Source: an uncultured Clostridia bacterium (GTDB lineage Bacteria > Bacillota > Clostridia > TANB77 > CAG-508). Taken from it: a DNA stretch of 64,000 nt. A program made the translations under genes and the position numbers. Shown piece after piece: positions 10,148 to 19,624 of this stretch. How positions within the stretch are numbered: position 1 is the first letter of the stretch; every line of letters begins with the position of its first letter. Under the pieces are notes generated by a model. That model was not told where the DNA came from. It was given only the letters and a program-made list of their open reading frames with translations, and searched no databases. The stretch lies in contig CAKOXK010000002.1 in assembly GCA_934130085.1 (NCBI GenBank), forward strand, positions 97,049 through 161,048. Reading direction: 5' to 3'.

Positions 10148-11596
10148 TTAATTGTACGAATTCTCATAATCAATTCCTTGATACAAGTTATTTTCTTTCA
10201 TTATTTTTTCAAAGCAATTCATTACTAATTTTTTATGTGCATTCCACTCTGGAGCAATTAGAATATCTTTTGGTGCATCTCCTACAATTCGGTGAACCAC
10301 TATTTCCGGCTTTAAGTGTGTAATTGCATATACTAAGTAATATAAATACTCCATTATATCAAGTGGCTGATATTGTTTTTGATTATAGAGAGCTTCAAGT
10401 AATGTATCTTTTACTACATAAGTTGAGTGAATTTTTATTCCTTGCAAATCAAGTTTATTGATAAAATTTATTGTATCAATTAATTCTTTGCTTGCAAGCT
10501 CTGATACATTCTGAATATCAAAATTACTGCATATTTCTGACACACTTGTGGATTTATTTAAGTCACTAATTTTTTTAAATTCACTTGATTTATCTTTCAA
10601 TTCGATTGTTTCTAATTCGGTTGTTTTTAATTCTGAGATTTTCGCTACTTGTTCGTCATTTTTCTGTTTTAAATTTTTGTTTTTAGATTCATTGCAATTT
10701 GAATATAGATTTCTTGTATTTGCTTTTTTTAGCGTTAGGTTTAATTTTTTAGAATATTCAAAATATTTGTGCCTATCTTCAAATGGCAATCCTAGCATAA
10801 TATGCACGCATACATTTATGTTGTATTTTCTCAAGAGTTTTACACTATTTATAAAATCACTATCTGAGTAACATCTGTTAATCTTTTTCCCAATTTCATC
10901 TGATGAAGTTTGTAAACCTAATTCAACTGTTACATCATATTTTTCTTTATATGAAGCAAGCAACTCACAAATTTCATTTGAAATGCAATCAGGCCTTGTT
11001 GCTATATCAATTCCAACTATTCTATCATCAATAAGCGCCGCATCATACCTTTTCTTTAAATTTTCAATAGTGTCATACGTGTTTGTGAAATTTTGAAAAT
11101 ACACTATAAATTTATTTGCTCTTGTAGCTCGATAACTACTTGAATAATCTTTAACCTGCTCTGTTATAAAGCCATATTGATTGTAAATGTTATCATTCTC
11201 TTTACTCTTAGTTATATTTTTTAAAGAAGTATTTGCGCTGTTCAAAATACTGTTAGATGTATTATGATTATTATTACCTTGCTCAGAAATTTTACTAAAA
11301 TCATTTGTTATATCAGCTTTAAATTTTCCTATAAGTTCTCCTGAACCTTTCGCACTACAATAAATGCAACCCGTTTTGGATAATGTTCCATCTCTATTTG
11401 GGCAAGAAAAGTGCCCATCTACACATATTTTTAAAACTTTCTCTCCAAATTTATCTTTTAAACAATCGCTTAATTTGTTATAAATTTCGTTTTTGCCATA
11501 ATTATTGTTGCAGCTTTTGTTATATGATTTGCTATTCTTATGATTATACTCTTTATAATAATTTTCTTTATTGTTTTCCATAAGGAGATTATACAT
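10148..11596 (-). CDS. Radical SAM protein, TIGR01212 (YhcC-like) family, with Asn/Lys-rich low-complexity insertions
   Basis: The radical-SAM motif 'CPNRDGTLSKTGCIYCS', 'ELGLQT' and the C-terminal 'HRIVGDAPKD' are interrupted by N/K/S-rich inserts (for example 'NNNHNTSNSILNSANTSLKN' and 'NCNESKNKNLKQKNDEQ'). Confidence 0.7.
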   Translation of the reverse strand: MYNLLMENNKENYYKEYNHKNSKSYNKSCNNNYGKNEIYNKLSDCLKDKFGEKVLKICVDGHFSCPNRDGTLSKTGCIYCSAKGSGELIGKFKADITNDFSKISEQGNNNHNTSNSILNSANTSLKNITKSKENDNIYNQYGFITEQVKDYSSSYRATRANKFIVYFQNFTNTYDTIENLKKRYDAALIDDRIVGIDIATRPDCISNEICELLASYKEKYDVTVELGLQTSSDEIGKKINRCYSDSDFINSVKLLRKYNINVCVHIMLGLPFEDRHKYFEYSKKLNLTLKKANTRNLYSNCNESKNKNLKQKNDEQVAKISELKTTELETIELKDKSSEFKKISDLNKSTSVSEICSNFDIQNVSELASKELIDTINFINKLDLQGIKIHSTYVVKDTLLEALYNQKQYQPLDIMEYLYYLVYAITHLKPEIVVHRIVGDAPKDILIAPEWNAHKKLVMNCFEKIMKENNLYQGIDYENSYN

Positions 11597-11735
11597 TATA
11601 AAAACGTGAATGTAAAATTGGACTTTTCATTTTATTTAACATTTTATTTTACTTCACGTTTTATTTCCACTAAATTTTTTATATGCTGTTGGAGTTTCAA
11701 AAATGATAAGTAATTTTATTTTCTCTAAAAGTTGA

Positions 11736-12485
11736 TTACATTTTCTGCATTTCGCTTATTGTGTATTTATAATCTTTTGAATTTATTAAATAGCTTCCTA
11801 CTGATACTATATTTGCTCCAGCTTCTGATACTTTTTTTGCTGTTTCAAGGTTTATTCCACCATCAACTTCAATCTCATTTTCAAGATGATTGTTTTCTAT
11901 ATAATCTTTTAATTTCTTTATCTTGTTTACAGTACCTTCTATAAACTTTTGTCCGCCTTTTCCTGGATGAACACTCATTACAAGCACGTTATGGATTAAA
12001 GGTAAAAAATTATAAATTCTTTCAACATCGGTTTCAGGATTAATAGCAATACCAACTTTGCAATTTGAATTTTTTATATATTTAATCATTTCAAATATTT
12101 CATCATCATTTACATTTGCCTTGTTTTCAAACACACCCGCCTTATTTGTTTCTTTCTCATTTTCATTATTTTTTTCTTCATCATTTATACTATTGTTTTT
12201 TTCAAATGCTTCTAGGTGAAAATTGATTATTCTTGGCTCACATGATGCAAACATATCAACATATTCTTTTACATTTTTACACATTATGTGGATATCTAGT
12301 GGAATATTTGTTACGTTCTTTAAATTATCTGCATACTCTTTCATTTTTTCAATTGTGTTATCCACAACAAACTTTCCATCCATAACATCAATGTGAAAAT
12401 AATCTGTATGAGCCATTTCTAACCTATAAAATGTGGTTATTGCTTCCTCTTCTTTTACATTTAAAAGTGATGCTGAAACTTCCAT
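11736..12485 (-). CDS. rpe: Ribulose-phosphate 3-epimerase with N/E-rich insertion
   Basis: 'DVMDGKFV', 'DIHIM', 'VMSVHPGKGGQKF' and 'VDGGIN' are Rpe TIM-barrel motifs. There is a ~35-aa low-complexity insert 'NNSINDEEKNNENEKETNKAGVFENKANVNDDE'. Confidence 0.85.
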   Translation of the reverse strand: MEVSASLLNVKEEEAITTFYRLEMAHTDYFHIDVMDGKFVVDNTIEKMKEYADNLKNVTNIPLDIHIMCKNVKEYVDMFASCEPRIINFHLEAFEKNNSINDEEKNNENEKETNKAGVFENKANVNDDEIFEMIKYIKNSNCKVGIAINPETDVERIYNFLPLIHNVLVMSVHPGKGGQKFIEGTVNKIKKLKDYIENNHLENEIEVDGGINLETAKKVSEAGANIVSVGSYLINSKDYKYTISEMQKM

Positions 12486-12533
12486 AATAGTTTTCCTTTC
12501 ATTATACTTTGTATAATATCTCTAAAAATTATA

Positions 12534-13469
12534 TTAGTTCTTTATATTCTCAATCTCTTCCTTAGATAATGAAGTAATGTCTTGAATTTCTTCTACTGAG
12601 AAATTCTTTGCTAACATTCTCTTTACAATTTCTTGTTGTTTCTTCTTTTCTCCCAATATCTGCCCCTCTTTTAGACCCTCTCTTTTTCCATCTTCTAATG
12701 CATGAGTAATCGCATTCTTTTCATCCATTATTGCTTTTTCTCTTAATTCTGCTACTCTTCTTAACTCTTCTTGCTGACTTATTTCATCTAAGTTCTGCAT
12801 TGCTTCTTTTAATTCTTTATTGGTTTCCATTGCTTTAAAAACCTCCTCTTGATTAGGATTATCCAAAAACAATACCCACTGTGCCAATTCATTATTTGGC
12901 TCTCTCTCCAGTGTTTTCTTTGCCTTCGATATTTCAATTATATAAATCTGAAACATATCTGTCAATACTAAATTTAAGCCTGTGGTCACCTCTGTTATTT
13001 TCCATTCTGTACATATATTTTCTAGTGCTTTTGTCTTCTCTAATGGAAAATCTATTATTATTATTCCAATTACTTTGTTTAAATCCTGATAAATATTTCC
13101 TTTCTGTAATTGGCTCGAGTAAATTCTGCTCCAATAATACAAGAACCTAGCTTCTGTGTCTTGGTTATCAACTAATTGTATCTCTACATCACATATTCTA
13201 CCATCTCCTAATGTTGCTTTTAAATCCAAAATTCCTAACTTTTCTTCTGGATATTTACCAAAAACGTGCCTGTCATTATCAAGTTTTATATCATTTATTT
13301 TTTCTTTTATTACTGATGATATAAGTGCTTTGGTAATTCCTTCATTTCCCTCTCTAAATAATGAATGAAACACAACATCAATTTTCGGTTTTAATAGCTT
13401 TTCTTTGTTTTCTTTTTCACCTTCATTATTATTGTTTTTCTCTTTAGTTAGATTTTGTTTTTTGACCAT
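12534..13469 (-). CDS. Rpn-family recombination-promoting nuclease / putative transposase (PD-(D/E)XK, YhgA-like)
   Basis: 311 aa with 'IDVVFHSLF', 'LDLKATLGDGRICDVEIQ' and a C-terminal 'EGLKEGQILGEKKKQQEIVKRMLAKNFSVEEI' typical of the Rpn/TIGR01784 family. It borders the variable pilin-like locus. Confidence 0.7.
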   Translation of the reverse strand: MVKKQNLTKEKNNNNEGEKENKEKLLKPKIDVVFHSLFREGNEGITKALISSVIKEKINDIKLDNDRHVFGKYPEEKLGILDLKATLGDGRICDVEIQLVDNQDTEARFLYYWSRIYSSQLQKGNIYQDLNKVIGIIIIDFPLEKTKALENICTEWKITEVTTGLNLVLTDMFQIYIIEISKAKKTLEREPNNELAQWVLFLDNPNQEEVFKAMETNKELKEAMQNLDEISQQEELRRVAELREKAIMDEKNAITHALEDGKREGLKEGQILGEKKKQQEIVKRMLAKNFSVEEIQDITSLSKEEIENIKN

Positions 13470-14059
13470 AAAATACTATCTCCTTTTAATATATTTCTAC
13501 TTGCACAATCCGACTTAAAATATTTCAAAGTATACTGACATTACTCCTGCTCAAATTTATTTCAACTAATTTTATGGGATTCAATATTTAAGATAATTTT
13601 TTATTGTTTAAAACATATATAGAAAGTATATGATGAAATAAAAAAATTGAATAGCAGAGTGTATATAGAATGTACCTCCTTCCCAATCTTTTATTTAAAA
13701 TTACTTTTTTCTTCGCTTGAAAATTTTTCGATTTAATAATTTCTAGATTTATAATTCTTAGATTTAACAATTTCTAGATCTAACAATTTGAATAAATCAA
13801 TTAATTTGATAACACTAAAAAGTTTTAATATAACTAATTTCATCTTGAAATCTTGAAATTCTGAAATAATTTAAGCACAAAATGTACTAAATAGATGGTC
13901 TATTTATAACATATTTTGTGTTCAACGTAAACATTTTATGGTAATCTTTTTGAACTTTCGATTGACAAAATTCGACTTTATTTTTATTAACATATATTTA
14001 TTTACGCATTTAAATAAGTTGTCTAATACAAGTAAAATACAAGTTTATTAGGATACTTT

Positions 14060-14262
14060 TTAATTAATCTTTTAGATTAATTAAAAATTTATAAAAAATA
14101 AATACCATGAAAGCCTAGTAAAATCAACGCACAAAGCTATAGTATAAAAATCGTGTAATAAGAAAAAAAATTTAAAAATTTTTAAGTCAAAACTGTGATT
14201 TATTTACTGTAAGTAAGAGTAACGCGATTTTTACTTTTTAATTAATCTAAAAGCTTAATAAA
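14060..14262. promoter_or_regulatory. Invertible DNA element Inv1 (25-bp IRs flanking a ~153-bp segment), in FLIPPED orientation relative to Inv2-4
   Basis: Left IR 'ttaattaatcttttagattaattaa' (14060-14084) and right IR 'ttaattaatctaaaagcttaataaa' (14238-14262). The internal segment 14085-14237 is the reverse complement of the segments of Inv2, Inv3 and Inv4 (for example 'catgaaagcctagtaaaatcaacgc' versus 'gcgttgattttgcaaggctttcatg'). Confidence 0.8.
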
Positions 14263-14300
14263 AATTTACCTTCAAACTTCAAAAAGAGCCATATCATTTT

Positions 14301-14348
14301 GTACTGAAACCAAAAAACATCTAATCTTTAGTTTCAGTACATTTTATT
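14301..14348 (+). terminator. Plus-strand intrinsic terminator directly outside the right IR
   Basis: 10-bp perfect stem 'gtactgaaac...gtttcagtac' followed by 'attttatt'. It is part of a ~185-bp direct repeat shared with 15707-15890. Confidence 0.6.
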
Positions 14349-14521
14349 GATATGACTCCTTTTTTAATATAAAAATTATAAGCGTTTTACCTATTAAGAA
14401 ACTTATATTCAGTCTGTTATTTAAACATTACCTAACATTAATCTTAGACATACCAGTTAATTTGCATTTTAAAATTAATGTTACCTAATAAAAAATACGT
14501 TTTACTTTATTATTTACATTT

Positions 14522-15478
14522 CTATTTGTGTACAAGTCTTACAACACTTGATGAAACATGGTTTCCACATGTTACATACATAGAAGTTGAGGTCGCGCGA
14601 ACAAGATTTACACGCGCTTGTTGCCCTCCGGAATTACCACCTGTTCCCCACAATGAGGTTGCTCCTGATATAGACCATGCAATATTTCCATTAACATTAT
14701 TGCCAAGTCCAAAGCAAATATATAATTCACCAGGAATAGTAGTAATATACTGATTTGCCGATCCCACCCCTTGAATAGAAGTTATTGATCCTTCGGTTTT
14801 TCCATTATTATATCCATCTTTATATGAAGCACTATCGGTATTTACTCTACCATCAGCATCACTTACTCCCTTGTTATATGCGCCAGCTCCAGAAACATAT
14901 CCTTCTCCATTATGATACCCAGCTGGAATTTTAACATTTTCACTTCCAGTAGTAGATGCTGTCCACGCACCATTATTCTTCATGGTACCTGTTAGTCCTG
15001 TTTCAGATGCATTTGAAAATGTTGCTCCTTGAATTACTTGACTCTCTGTTGCATCTCCTGTTGCTCTCATTGCTTCTAGCTCCGCTACTTGCTGCTGTAG
15101 ATTCTCTATCTGTTTCTTTAATTTTTCTACCTCATCACTGCTTTCTGATGAACTACCTCCTCCTGTTGTTGAATTTCCACCAGTACTACCTCCTGAACTT
15201 GAACCTCCGTTTGAGGTAGCAGCTATCGCTTGCGTAATTTGATTCAATGTAAGTTGCTCTTGTAAGCTTGAATTTTGATATTGTTGTCCAGCATTTTTAG
15301 CCTGACCAACTATTCCTTTATCATCTAATGCAAGTTTTATTGTAATTCCTGAAAGAATTAGTAAAACAATAATTGTTATTACAAGTGATAATATAGTTAC
15401 ACCGGTTTCTCTCATTTCACGTTTTTTATAATGTTTTTGCTTTATGTTATTTACTTTTCTCATTCTTAATTTCTCCAT
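14522..15478 (-). CDS. Pilin-like surface protein (type-IV-pilin-like N-terminal hydrophobic segment lacking Glu5, G/S-rich linker, coiled coil, divergent C-terminal domain)
   Basis: The N-terminus is basic leader + 'ETG|VTILSLVITIIVLLILSGITIKLALDDKGIVGQAKNAG'. The first ~210 aa are shared with the next gene. The C-terminus ends 'VTCGNHVSSSVVRLVHK'. Inv2 lies 50 bp upstream. Confidence 0.65.
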   Translation of the reverse strand: MEKLRMRKVNNIKQKHYKKREMRETGVTILSLVITIIVLLILSGITIKLALDDKGIVGQAKNAGQQYQNSSLQEQLTLNQITQAIAATSNGGSSSGGSTGGNSTTGGGSSSESSDEVEKLKKQIENLQQQVAELEAMRATGDATESQVIQGATFSNASETGLTGTMKNNGAWTASTTGSENVKIPAGYHNGEGYVSGAGAYNKGVSDADGRVNTDSASYKDGYNNGKTEGSITSIQGVGSANQYITTIPGELYICFGLGNNVNGNIAWSISGATSLWGTGGNSGGQQARVNLVRATSTSMYVTCGNHVSSSVVRLVHK

Positions 15479-15528
15479 TATAATCCCTAAAAGCCTTAAA
15501 TTTATTGGTTTACACCATTTATCTAGTT

Positions 15529-15731
15529 TTAATTAAGCTTTTAGATTAATTAAAAAATGAAAATTAAAGAATTCCTACTCTAAGTAAGAATTGCCCTGAT
15601 TTTCTATTCTAAAAGCTTTCGTTTTTTTCTTATTACACAAATTTTACGAAAGTATAAAAAGCGTTGATTTTGCAAGGCTTTCATGTTATTTTACTTATAT
15701 AAAATTTTAATTAATCTAAAAGCTTAATAAA
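15529..15731. promoter_or_regulatory. Invertible DNA element Inv2 (orientation X)
   Basis: IR-A 'ttaattaagcttttagattaattaa' (15529-15553) and IR-B 'ttaattaatctaaaagcttaataaa' (15707-15731) are inverted repeats of each other. The segment carries conserved 'TTGATT-N17-TATTTT' on the plus strand and 'GTGTAATAAG' on the minus strand. Confidence 0.8.
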
Positions 15732-15770
15732 AAATTTACCTTCATACTTCAAAAAGAGCCATATCATTTT

Positions 15771-15818
15771 GTACTGAAACTAAAAAAAATCTAATTTTTA
15801 GTTTCAGTACATTTTATT
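15771..15818 (+). terminator. Plus-strand intrinsic terminator outside IR-B (copy of the 14301 hairpin)
   Basis: 'gtactgaaac-N20-gtttcagtac' followed by 'attttatt'. Confidence 0.6.
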
Positions 15819-15923
15819 GATATGACTCCTTTTTTTAATATAAAAATTATAAGCGTTTTACCTATTAAGAAACTTATATTATCTATTCTTGCTTCTCACT
15901 GTACTTATCGTTTTTTGTTTCTT

Positions 15924-16925
15924 CTAATTCATAATCAAATATGCATGCATTGGTGTTGACCAGCTAATTGTATTATCGTAACGTGTTGCTCCATCATCAG
16001 TCCATAATCTTGCTCTCATTGTTGCAGCTAATGACGTTGTTAGTATCCCGCTTTTTGCATCATAGCTTTTGTTGAATGTTGCTCTATAATAAGCTCCTAC
16101 TCTCTTTTCTGCATTACATGTTCCACTTACGTTTTCTTTTGATATCGAGTTTTCTGCAAGCTCTACTAGGAAATTACTTGAACTTAATTTTGTATAGTCA
16201 ATTCCAAGGGCTTTGCATAGTGATACTATATTAAATGACGTTCCTGTACCTAAATCAACGAATTTTCCAAGTCCAAAATCACTTGGAGATTCTTTTACTG
16301 CTTTTTTACCTGCCTCAACACCGGAATTGTATGCTCCTGATAAATCTACATATCCGTTTCCATTGTGATAACCTTCAGGTACTGTTACCTTTCCGTTACC
16401 AGTAGTTGACGTAGTCCACGCTCCATTATTTTTCATTGTACCAGTTAGTCCTGATTCAGAAGAGTTAGAAAAAGTGGCCCCTTGAATTACTTGATCTACT
16501 GTTGCTCCTCCTGTTGCCTGTGTTGCTTCTAATTCTGTTACTTGTTGTTGCAACTCTTCAATCTGCTTTTTTAGTCTGTTAACTTCATCACTATTTCCTG
16601 ATGAACTTCCTCCTGATTCTGAACCACTTCCGCTACCTCCTGAACCTGTAATTCCATTTGAAGCATCAGCTATTGCTTGTGTAGCTTGATTCAATGCTAC
16701 TTGCTCCTGTACACTAGCATTTTGATATTTTAATCCTGCATTTTTAGACTGACCAACTATTCCTTTATCATCTAATGCAAGTTTTATTGTAATTCCTGAA
16801 AGAATTAGTAAAACAATAATTGTTATTACAAGTGATAAAATCGTAACACCTTCTTCTTTCATTGCACGTTTTCTATAATATTCTTTACTTATGTTTTTCA
16901 TTGTTCTCATTTTTAAACCCTCCAT
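15924..16925 (-). CDS. Pilin-like surface protein, paralog of 14522..15478 with a different C-terminal domain
   Basis: N-terminus 'KEEG|VTILSLVITIIVLLILSGITIKLALDDKGIVGQSKNAG'. The G/S linker, 'LKKQIEELQQQVTELEA' and 'QVIQGATFSNSSESGLTGTMKNNGAWT' are shared with the neighbouring gene, and the last ~110 aa are unrelated. It follows the large paralog at 17009..19231 after an 83-bp gap. Confidence 0.65.
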   Translation of the reverse strand: MEGLKMRTMKNISKEYYRKRAMKEEGVTILSLVITIIVLLILSGITIKLALDDKGIVGQSKNAGLKYQNASVQEQVALNQATQAIADASNGITGSGGSGSGSESGGSSSGNSDEVNRLKKQIEELQQQVTELEATQATGGATVDQVIQGATFSNSSESGLTGTMKNNGAWTTSTTGNGKVTVPEGYHNGNGYVDLSGAYNSGVEAGKKAVKESPSDFGLGKFVDLGTGTSFNIVSLCKALGIDYTKLSSSNFLVELAENSISKENVSGTCNAEKRVGAYYRATFNKSYDAKSGILTTSLAATMRARLWTDDGATRYDNTISWSTPMHAYLIMN

Positions 16926-17008
16926 TAGAATCCCCTAAAAGCATTAATTTTATTAGTTTTACATCTCTTATACTTTTTTAGTTAATTTTATACAGCCATT
17001 TTGTTTCT

Positions 17009-19231
17009 CTACTTTTCAACTTGCAAAACTGGACGAAGCCCACGGCACGAAGAGTCGTCGCCGGTGCTAGAGTAGAACACACCGCTCGATGTAACGGAGC
17101 CACTGCTTGAAACATAGCGTAAGTCGAAGCCTGCGCGGTACCAAACCGCACCAACGCAGCGAGACGAAAGCCAAAATTCAGCGCCAGCGCTGATATTACT
17201 TGTATTTCTGTTTGAACCTCCCCAATAATTATTGTATATAACTTTTAACCAAGGGTTACTTGACTTTTTATCGTTATTATATCTTTCGTAAGCATAGTTT
17301 CCTTTCTCTTCTGTTGAAAGCCATGTATTTATTCCAGTTGTATTCATGTTATATGATGTTATTTTAGCGTCAGAATAGCCTTTGCTTGCTCCTTTTGTTT
17401 TATCAATGTTCTCATATTGTGTAAATAGTGTTGGTGCATAGCTATTCCATGTACTTGTTATTTTATTTGGCGCACTTGTATCATCTGCATTTGCTGTCCA
17501 TAAGTTGCCAAAGTTACTTAATTTACTCTCATCCATGAAGTCTTCCCATTTTGCATCACGTGCTAACACTACCTTTACTTTTTTGGTTTGTCCGTTCTTT
17601 AGCTTTATTTCTGTTAAATTTCCATATAAATTATTACAGATTGTATCTAAAGCTAATACTCCGTTATTATATGCTGGTGCACCTGTTAATCTTACCTGTA
17701 ATTTTGTTGCTCTGTCTGCAATGTAATAGTCATACTTGCTTGTATCAAACGAACCTGATTGTAAATCATATCCTCCATCTGTTAGTTTTGACCATGTCAT
17801 ATCTGATTCTACTGTTGGCAAACCTGAATTTACTTTATTTACTGACCTTATATCTTTTCCAAGCAAAGCTGCTATTGAATCTGCTTTTACATATCCATGT
17901 GCTTCGCTTCCACTCTTATTCTTATAAAATCTATCTACATTTACTGCTGCACCTACTGATGTGTCTGAAACACTGTCAGCTGAAACTGTTATTACTGGAC
18001 GTAATGCGCAACTTCCACTTTGATTACTTCCTGTCGTATTATAGTTTTGATTTGTTTGAAACATTGTATATGTTGAATATGCTCCATCCGTTCTTGCAAA
18101 AGCAAATCGATAGTACTCATAAGATAAGTCTTCCGAATAAGGTGTTTTACCATCTGATCCTTGATTCCAGGTATAAGAATTCATTCTTGTTGCAAGCCAA
18201 TAATTGTTTCCTGTATTCATCATACTTACTGTTGATTTATTTGTTCTGTTTGGATTTGTAATTGTTGGTGATGTATTTTCAGCTAACATTTGTGTATTAC
18301 TTGATTGAGATGCTGATGTATTTGTTATATCAATATACTCACTTATTTGGTCTGTTGAATATCCATTGTTTGCTGTATCTAATTGATTTATTATTGGCTC
18401 TATCTTTTTATTGTTTTGGTAAGCTCTTGATACAGAATATGTTATATTATAAAAATCTTCTGCATTTACACTTCTTGCTGATAATACTTTTTTGCCGTTA
18501 ATCTCTAGATTTCCATATAACTTTGAGCAGATTTCGTTTAGTGCTTTTACTCCATTTGTATAGCCGTTAATTCCTGATATTGAAACCTCAAAACTTGTGT
18601 TTGCGTTGGCTATTAAGTTTACTGTTCCATCTTCATTTGTACTTAGTACTTTCCATCCTAAATCTTCTGTTTCAATCTCTCCAGCTTCTACCATTGCTAC
18701 ACCTGGTACATCTTGATTATCACTGTTTAATATTTGTCTTAAATGCCTATTTACTCCCTTGCCATCTGTTTTACCAATGTATGTGAATGTACCATCATCT
18801 AGATTTACCATGTAATTGTAACCTTTATATGCTACCTGTGCATAACCATCTCCATTATTTAAAAAATCTTCAAGACCATCATTTCCTACATTTGAACTCA
18901 AATAATCCGCAAGTCTTCCGGTATTTCCTTCTTGTTCCTTTTGAATGTCTATACCTGCTAAATACATGCTCATCTCTTCTTCAGCAGAAGATTTGTCTGA
19001 AACTGCTGTCGCATTTTTTGCTTTTCCAAGAATGCCATCATTGCTTACCATACTTATTGTTATACCTGCAAGAATTAGTAAAATTATAATTGTAATTACT
19101 AAAGCAATAATTGTAATTCCATCTTCACTTAATTTTCTTCTCATTACTTTATAATCTTCTAATTTATTTTTACTATTCAGTTTTGTCTTATTATTTTCAA
19201 CAAATTTTAAATCTTCTTTTAAACTTCCCAT
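17009..19231 (-). CDS. Large pilin-like surface protein, paralog 1 (pilin-like N-terminus + two C-type-lectin-fold-like domains; DGR-target-like C-terminus)
   Basis: 740 aa with N-terminus 'SEDG|ITIIALVITIIILLILAGITISMVSNDGILGKAKNA' and internal 'NYWLATR...GSCALRPVITV'. The C-terminal 'EFWLSSRC...SSCRGLRPVLQVEK' resembles Fib_succ_major/DUF1566/FGE-type CLec domains. Overall ~90% identical to the paralogs at 19625 and 22020. Confidence 0.7.
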   Translation of the reverse strand: MGSLKEDLKFVENNKTKLNSKNKLEDYKVMRRKLSEDGITIIALVITIIILLILAGITISMVSNDGILGKAKNATAVSDKSSAEEEMSMYLAGIDIQKEQEGNTGRLADYLSSNVGNDGLEDFLNNGDGYAQVAYKGYNYMVNLDDGTFTYIGKTDGKGVNRHLRQILNSDNQDVPGVAMVEAGEIETEDLGWKVLSTNEDGTVNLIANANTSFEVSISGINGYTNGVKALNEICSKLYGNLEINGKKVLSARSVNAEDFYNITYSVSRAYQNNKKIEPIINQLDTANNGYSTDQISEYIDITNTSASQSSNTQMLAENTSPTITNPNRTNKSTVSMMNTGNNYWLATRMNSYTWNQGSDGKTPYSEDLSYEYYRFAFARTDGAYSTYTMFQTNQNYNTTGSNQSGSCALRPVITVSADSVSDTSVGAAVNVDRFYKNKSGSEAHGYVKADSIAALLGKDIRSVNKVNSGLPTVESDMTWSKLTDGGYDLQSGSFDTSKYDYYIADRATKLQVRLTGAPAYNNGVLALDTICNNLYGNLTEIKLKNGQTKKVKVVLARDAKWEDFMDESKLSNFGNLWTANADDTSAPNKITSTWNSYAPTLFTQYENIDKTKGASKGYSDAKITSYNMNTTGINTWLSTEEKGNYAYERYNNDKKSSNPWLKVIYNNYWGGSNRNTSNISAGAEFWLSSRCVGAVWYRAGFDLRYVSSSGSVTSSGVFYSSTGDDSSCRGLRPVLQVEK
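17012..17180 (-). other. Putative DGR variable region (VR) at the 3' end of paralog 1
   Basis: The sense strand is adenine-depleted and GC-rich (~55% versus ~30% locally). Differences from the two paralogous copies are confined to codons with pattern [N][N]C/T (for example ggt/aat/ttt, cgc/atc/aac, ggc/aac/cac) and to third-position A/N changes. Confidence 0.75.
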
Positions 19232-19299
19232 TTTGATGTTTTCTCCTTTGAAATCTTGTAAAGCGTTACAATTACTGTATTTAGATTGTTTTTTTAATT

Positions 19300-19501
19300 T
19301 TAATTAAGCTTATAGATTAATTAAAAAAATAAAAAAGATGTTTTCTTACTCTCAGTAGAGAAAAATAAAGTTTTGTATTTTTTCTTTAACCTATTATCCT
19401 TATTACGCAATTTTTACACTTGAATCATAAGCGTTGATTTTACAAGGTTTTCATGTTATTTTTATCTTACTAGATTTTAATTAATCTATAAGCTTAATAA
19501 A
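19300..19501. promoter_or_regulatory. Invertible DNA element Inv3 (orientation X)
   Basis: IR-A 'ttaattaagcttatagattaattaa' (19300-19324) and IR-B 'ttaattaatctataagcttaataaa' (19477-19501). The segment is homologous and co-oriented with Inv2 and Inv4. It lies 69 bp upstream of the paralog-1 start. Confidence 0.8.
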
Positions 19502-19557
19502 AAAATATATTCATTATTAACTTTTTTTACTCTCTCTTCATAAATTTTTATATAATT

Positions 19558-19602
19558 ACACAGTATAATCAATTAAATATTGATTATACTGTGTTTTTTA
19601 TT
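19558..19602 (+). terminator. Plus-strand intrinsic terminator outside IR-B
   Basis: 16-bp stem 'acacagtataatcaat/attgattatactgtgt' with loop 'taaat' followed by 'tttttatt'. It sits 23 nt beyond the stop of paralog 2. Confidence 0.65.
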
Positions 19603-19624
19603 AAATTTCTTTAGATTCTTTTTT

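Noticed and set aside
14522-14700. Moderately GC-rich 3' end of the first small pilin-like gene (14560-14660) as a fourth DGR VR
   Set aside because: Only one copy is available for comparison, and the sense strand is not clearly adenine-depleted. There is no evidence of A-specific variation.
17505-18786. Many long plus-strand ORFs (up to 236 aa) antisense to the large pilin-like genes, and similar ones opposite prkC (25210..25893), the M23 peptidase (56785..57456) and the LRR gene (59553..60191)
   Set aside because: Leu/Phe/Ile-rich shadow frames typical of AT-rich antisense sequence. They have no RBS and no recognisable domains, and they overlap well-supported genes on the other strand.
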